Shown here: positions 62,073-64,000 of the stretch, piece by piece | How positions within the stretch are numbered: position 1 is the stretch's first letter | Layout of the letters: every line of letters starts with the position of its first letter | Assembly (NCBI GenBank): GCA_964234715.1 | Contig: OZ174279.1 | DNA from: Podarcis melisellensis | Taxonomy: Eukaryota | DNA: 64,000 nt | Strand: one strand, 5' to 3' | Notes under the pieces: model-generated | Told to the model about the DNA's origin: nothing | The model's database searches: none | Seen by the model: the letters and a program-made list of their open reading frames with translations, nothing else | Translations under genes and position numbers: made by a program

Positions 62073-63728
62073 GTAATGTAACCATGCAGATACTGCATTT
62101 TAACAAGAATGAGGTCAAAAAGCCTTCTGTTCTTGTCCCCTTCCTCTCACGGCAAACCTTTCCTGATGGAGGGGTTGGTGAAGAGAATTGCCAATTAGAC
62201 ACCATTCCTTAAAGGCACCCTGAACATCTTCAAACAGTTGGGTACAACCCTCCTTTCTGTCTTAGCCACACTTTACTTGAACTTGTTACAAATTTAATAG
62301 CAGTCTATGCATGTTTATGACTTCTAGTTGCAGGTATGTGGCATACTTTTTCACACTGTCTGAATATTTTTTCTTCGGGAGTTTGGTGGGGGTGGGATTC
62401 TAGCAGGTTTGCCATCTTAGTCCATTGTAGTAAAAAGCAGTTTTAAAAAAATTACTTACATTGTGGCATAAGCTTCTGTAGATCAGGTCTCACTTCATCA
62501 GATACAGGAAGTTCCACTCCTATAAAGTCACAGCATACAGAGCCAATGAACAGGTTTTTGTCTTAGTATTTTTTTCTGTAGTGATCACTCTGAAATTTTT
62601 GAGTGAAGGGCAGTGTATAAATTTAATAATAATAATAATACCTTGGAAAGAGGAAGCAGAGGATAACTGTTGAATGGTTAACTTGCACTGTCATGAAACG
62701 AACAATTGCTGGTTGTAATTTGTGTTTTGCTATTGTTGATTGTATCCAACGTGTTATCCAACGCGTTTTATGAAATCACAACATATTCACTAGATTCCTG
62801 AGTGACTTCCAATCTGACTCTCCTCATCAACGGATTAGAACTATGTGCAATGAAGGATTACATACACTGAGTACCAAGAGAAGAATAAATGATTAAAAAG
62901 AAAATACAAATGGTGTGGGGGAGGGGGGGGAGGAAATCTAATGAATAACATTCGCATGGGGAATGGCTAGCTCCTAAAATTGCTAGTTTTGGAACTAGAG
63001 CGTAGACAATTCTGTGAGGGGCTTTCCTTCCTTGCCATTTCCTTCCTTTATGTACTTACATTATGTGAAGTGTCCTTGGCATAAGTTCATACATATTCTC
63101 TGTTGCCCAGGCTCTGGTGCATGAATTGCTTTATTTGCCAAAGTACTTGTAACACTTTTGGCTATTCCCCAATAATGATGTTGAGCTAACCAAAGGCTCA
63201 TTGCATAGATAGACCCTGCTTTCAGTCTTGCCAGGTTGTACATAGGTATGGTATTAAGATAAACTTACTGGAGATTCTCAGACTTACTTCAGAGCTTAAA
63301 TATAATCATGCACATGTAGCAAAATAACAGAGTTCCAGACTTGTTTTGGCAGGCATGCCTTCATAAGGATAATTTTCTGCAATTCTGGATTCAGCTTTTT
63401 GAGCATGCATAGCTGAGACAAACCTACTCAATTCCAAAAGGAAGGAAGAGGTAGAATCCCTACTTGACAGGGAGGGAATGGAAGTAAAATGGGCCAGCTA
63501 CTGTGGAAAAAACACCTGAACAAAGGCCTGGAGAAGATGGCAGTCTCAGACCTGTCATGCCTCTGCCCAGTTACAGTCAGTTGGTCCCAAAACACAGGTG
63601 ATCAAAAGAAACAAGAAGAGATACCGGCAAGATATCCCAGTTGATAAGCAGTAGCCAGGATCAGCTCTAGCACCTTTAAAAGAAGTAGCAGTAATCAGAT
63701 AATTGAGTCCCAGTAACCTCTTAACTAA

Positions 63729-64000
63729 GGGACGTGGGTGGCGCTGTGGGTTAAACCACAGAGCCTAGGACTTGCCGATCAGGTCGGCGGTTCGAATCCC
63801 CGCGATGGGGTGAGCTTCTGTTGCTCGGTCTCTGCTCCTGCCAACCTAGCAGTTCGAAAGCACGTCAAAGTGCAAGTAGATAAATAGGTACCGCTTTGGC
63901 AGGAAGGTAAACGGCGTTTCTGTGCGCTGCTCTGGTTCTCCAGAAGCGGCTTAGTCATGCTGGCCACATGACCCAGAAGCTGTACACCGGCTCCCCCGGC
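63729..64000 (+). mobile_element. Sauria SINE (runs off the window end)
   Basis: tRNA-like head with A box TGGCGCTGTGGG and B box GGTTCGAATCC; characteristic body; CpGs largely retained. Confidence 0.85.

Noticed and set aside
1-64000. CRISPR array or prokaryotic systems
   Set aside because: Eukaryotic intron-exon DNA; the repeated palindromes are dispersed MITEs, not regularly spaced repeat-spacer units.

Overview
Vertebrate genomic DNA, almost certainly from a squamate and probably a lacertid lizard (inferred from Sauria SINE, BovB and the other repeats). It carries two + strand genes in the same order as at human 10q24. The first is KCNIP2 (KChIP2): a KChIP2x-type first exon at 21439, a candidate additional transmembrane-coding first exon at 8640, core exons from 39600 to 45657 including a GC-AG intron, and a long 3' UTR to about 50340. 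The second is the first five exons of OGA/MGEA5, with a CpG-island promoter at about 53.1-54.3 kb. The standout object is a very young 1,863-bp non-autonomous Ty3/Gypsy (Tf1/sushi-like) LTR retrotransposon in OGA intron 1 (56910-58772). It has two apparently identical 767-bp LTRs, a 5-bp TSD, a Gag remnant and a PPT. Its 11-nt primer-binding site is complementary to its own predicted 5' end, implying tRNA-independent self-priming. U3 encodes a 202-aa ORF, and internal splice sites could express that ORF or fuse it in frame to OGA exon 1. Other notable items are a Penelope-like insertion with an intact minimal hammerhead ribozyme motif, a twin-primed (5'-inverted) L1, an intact Rex1/Babar 3' fragment, a REST/RE1 site, a cardiac-type motif cluster and an old local duplication in KCNIP2 intron 1. 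All calls were made by eye; repeat boundaries without TSDs are approximate.
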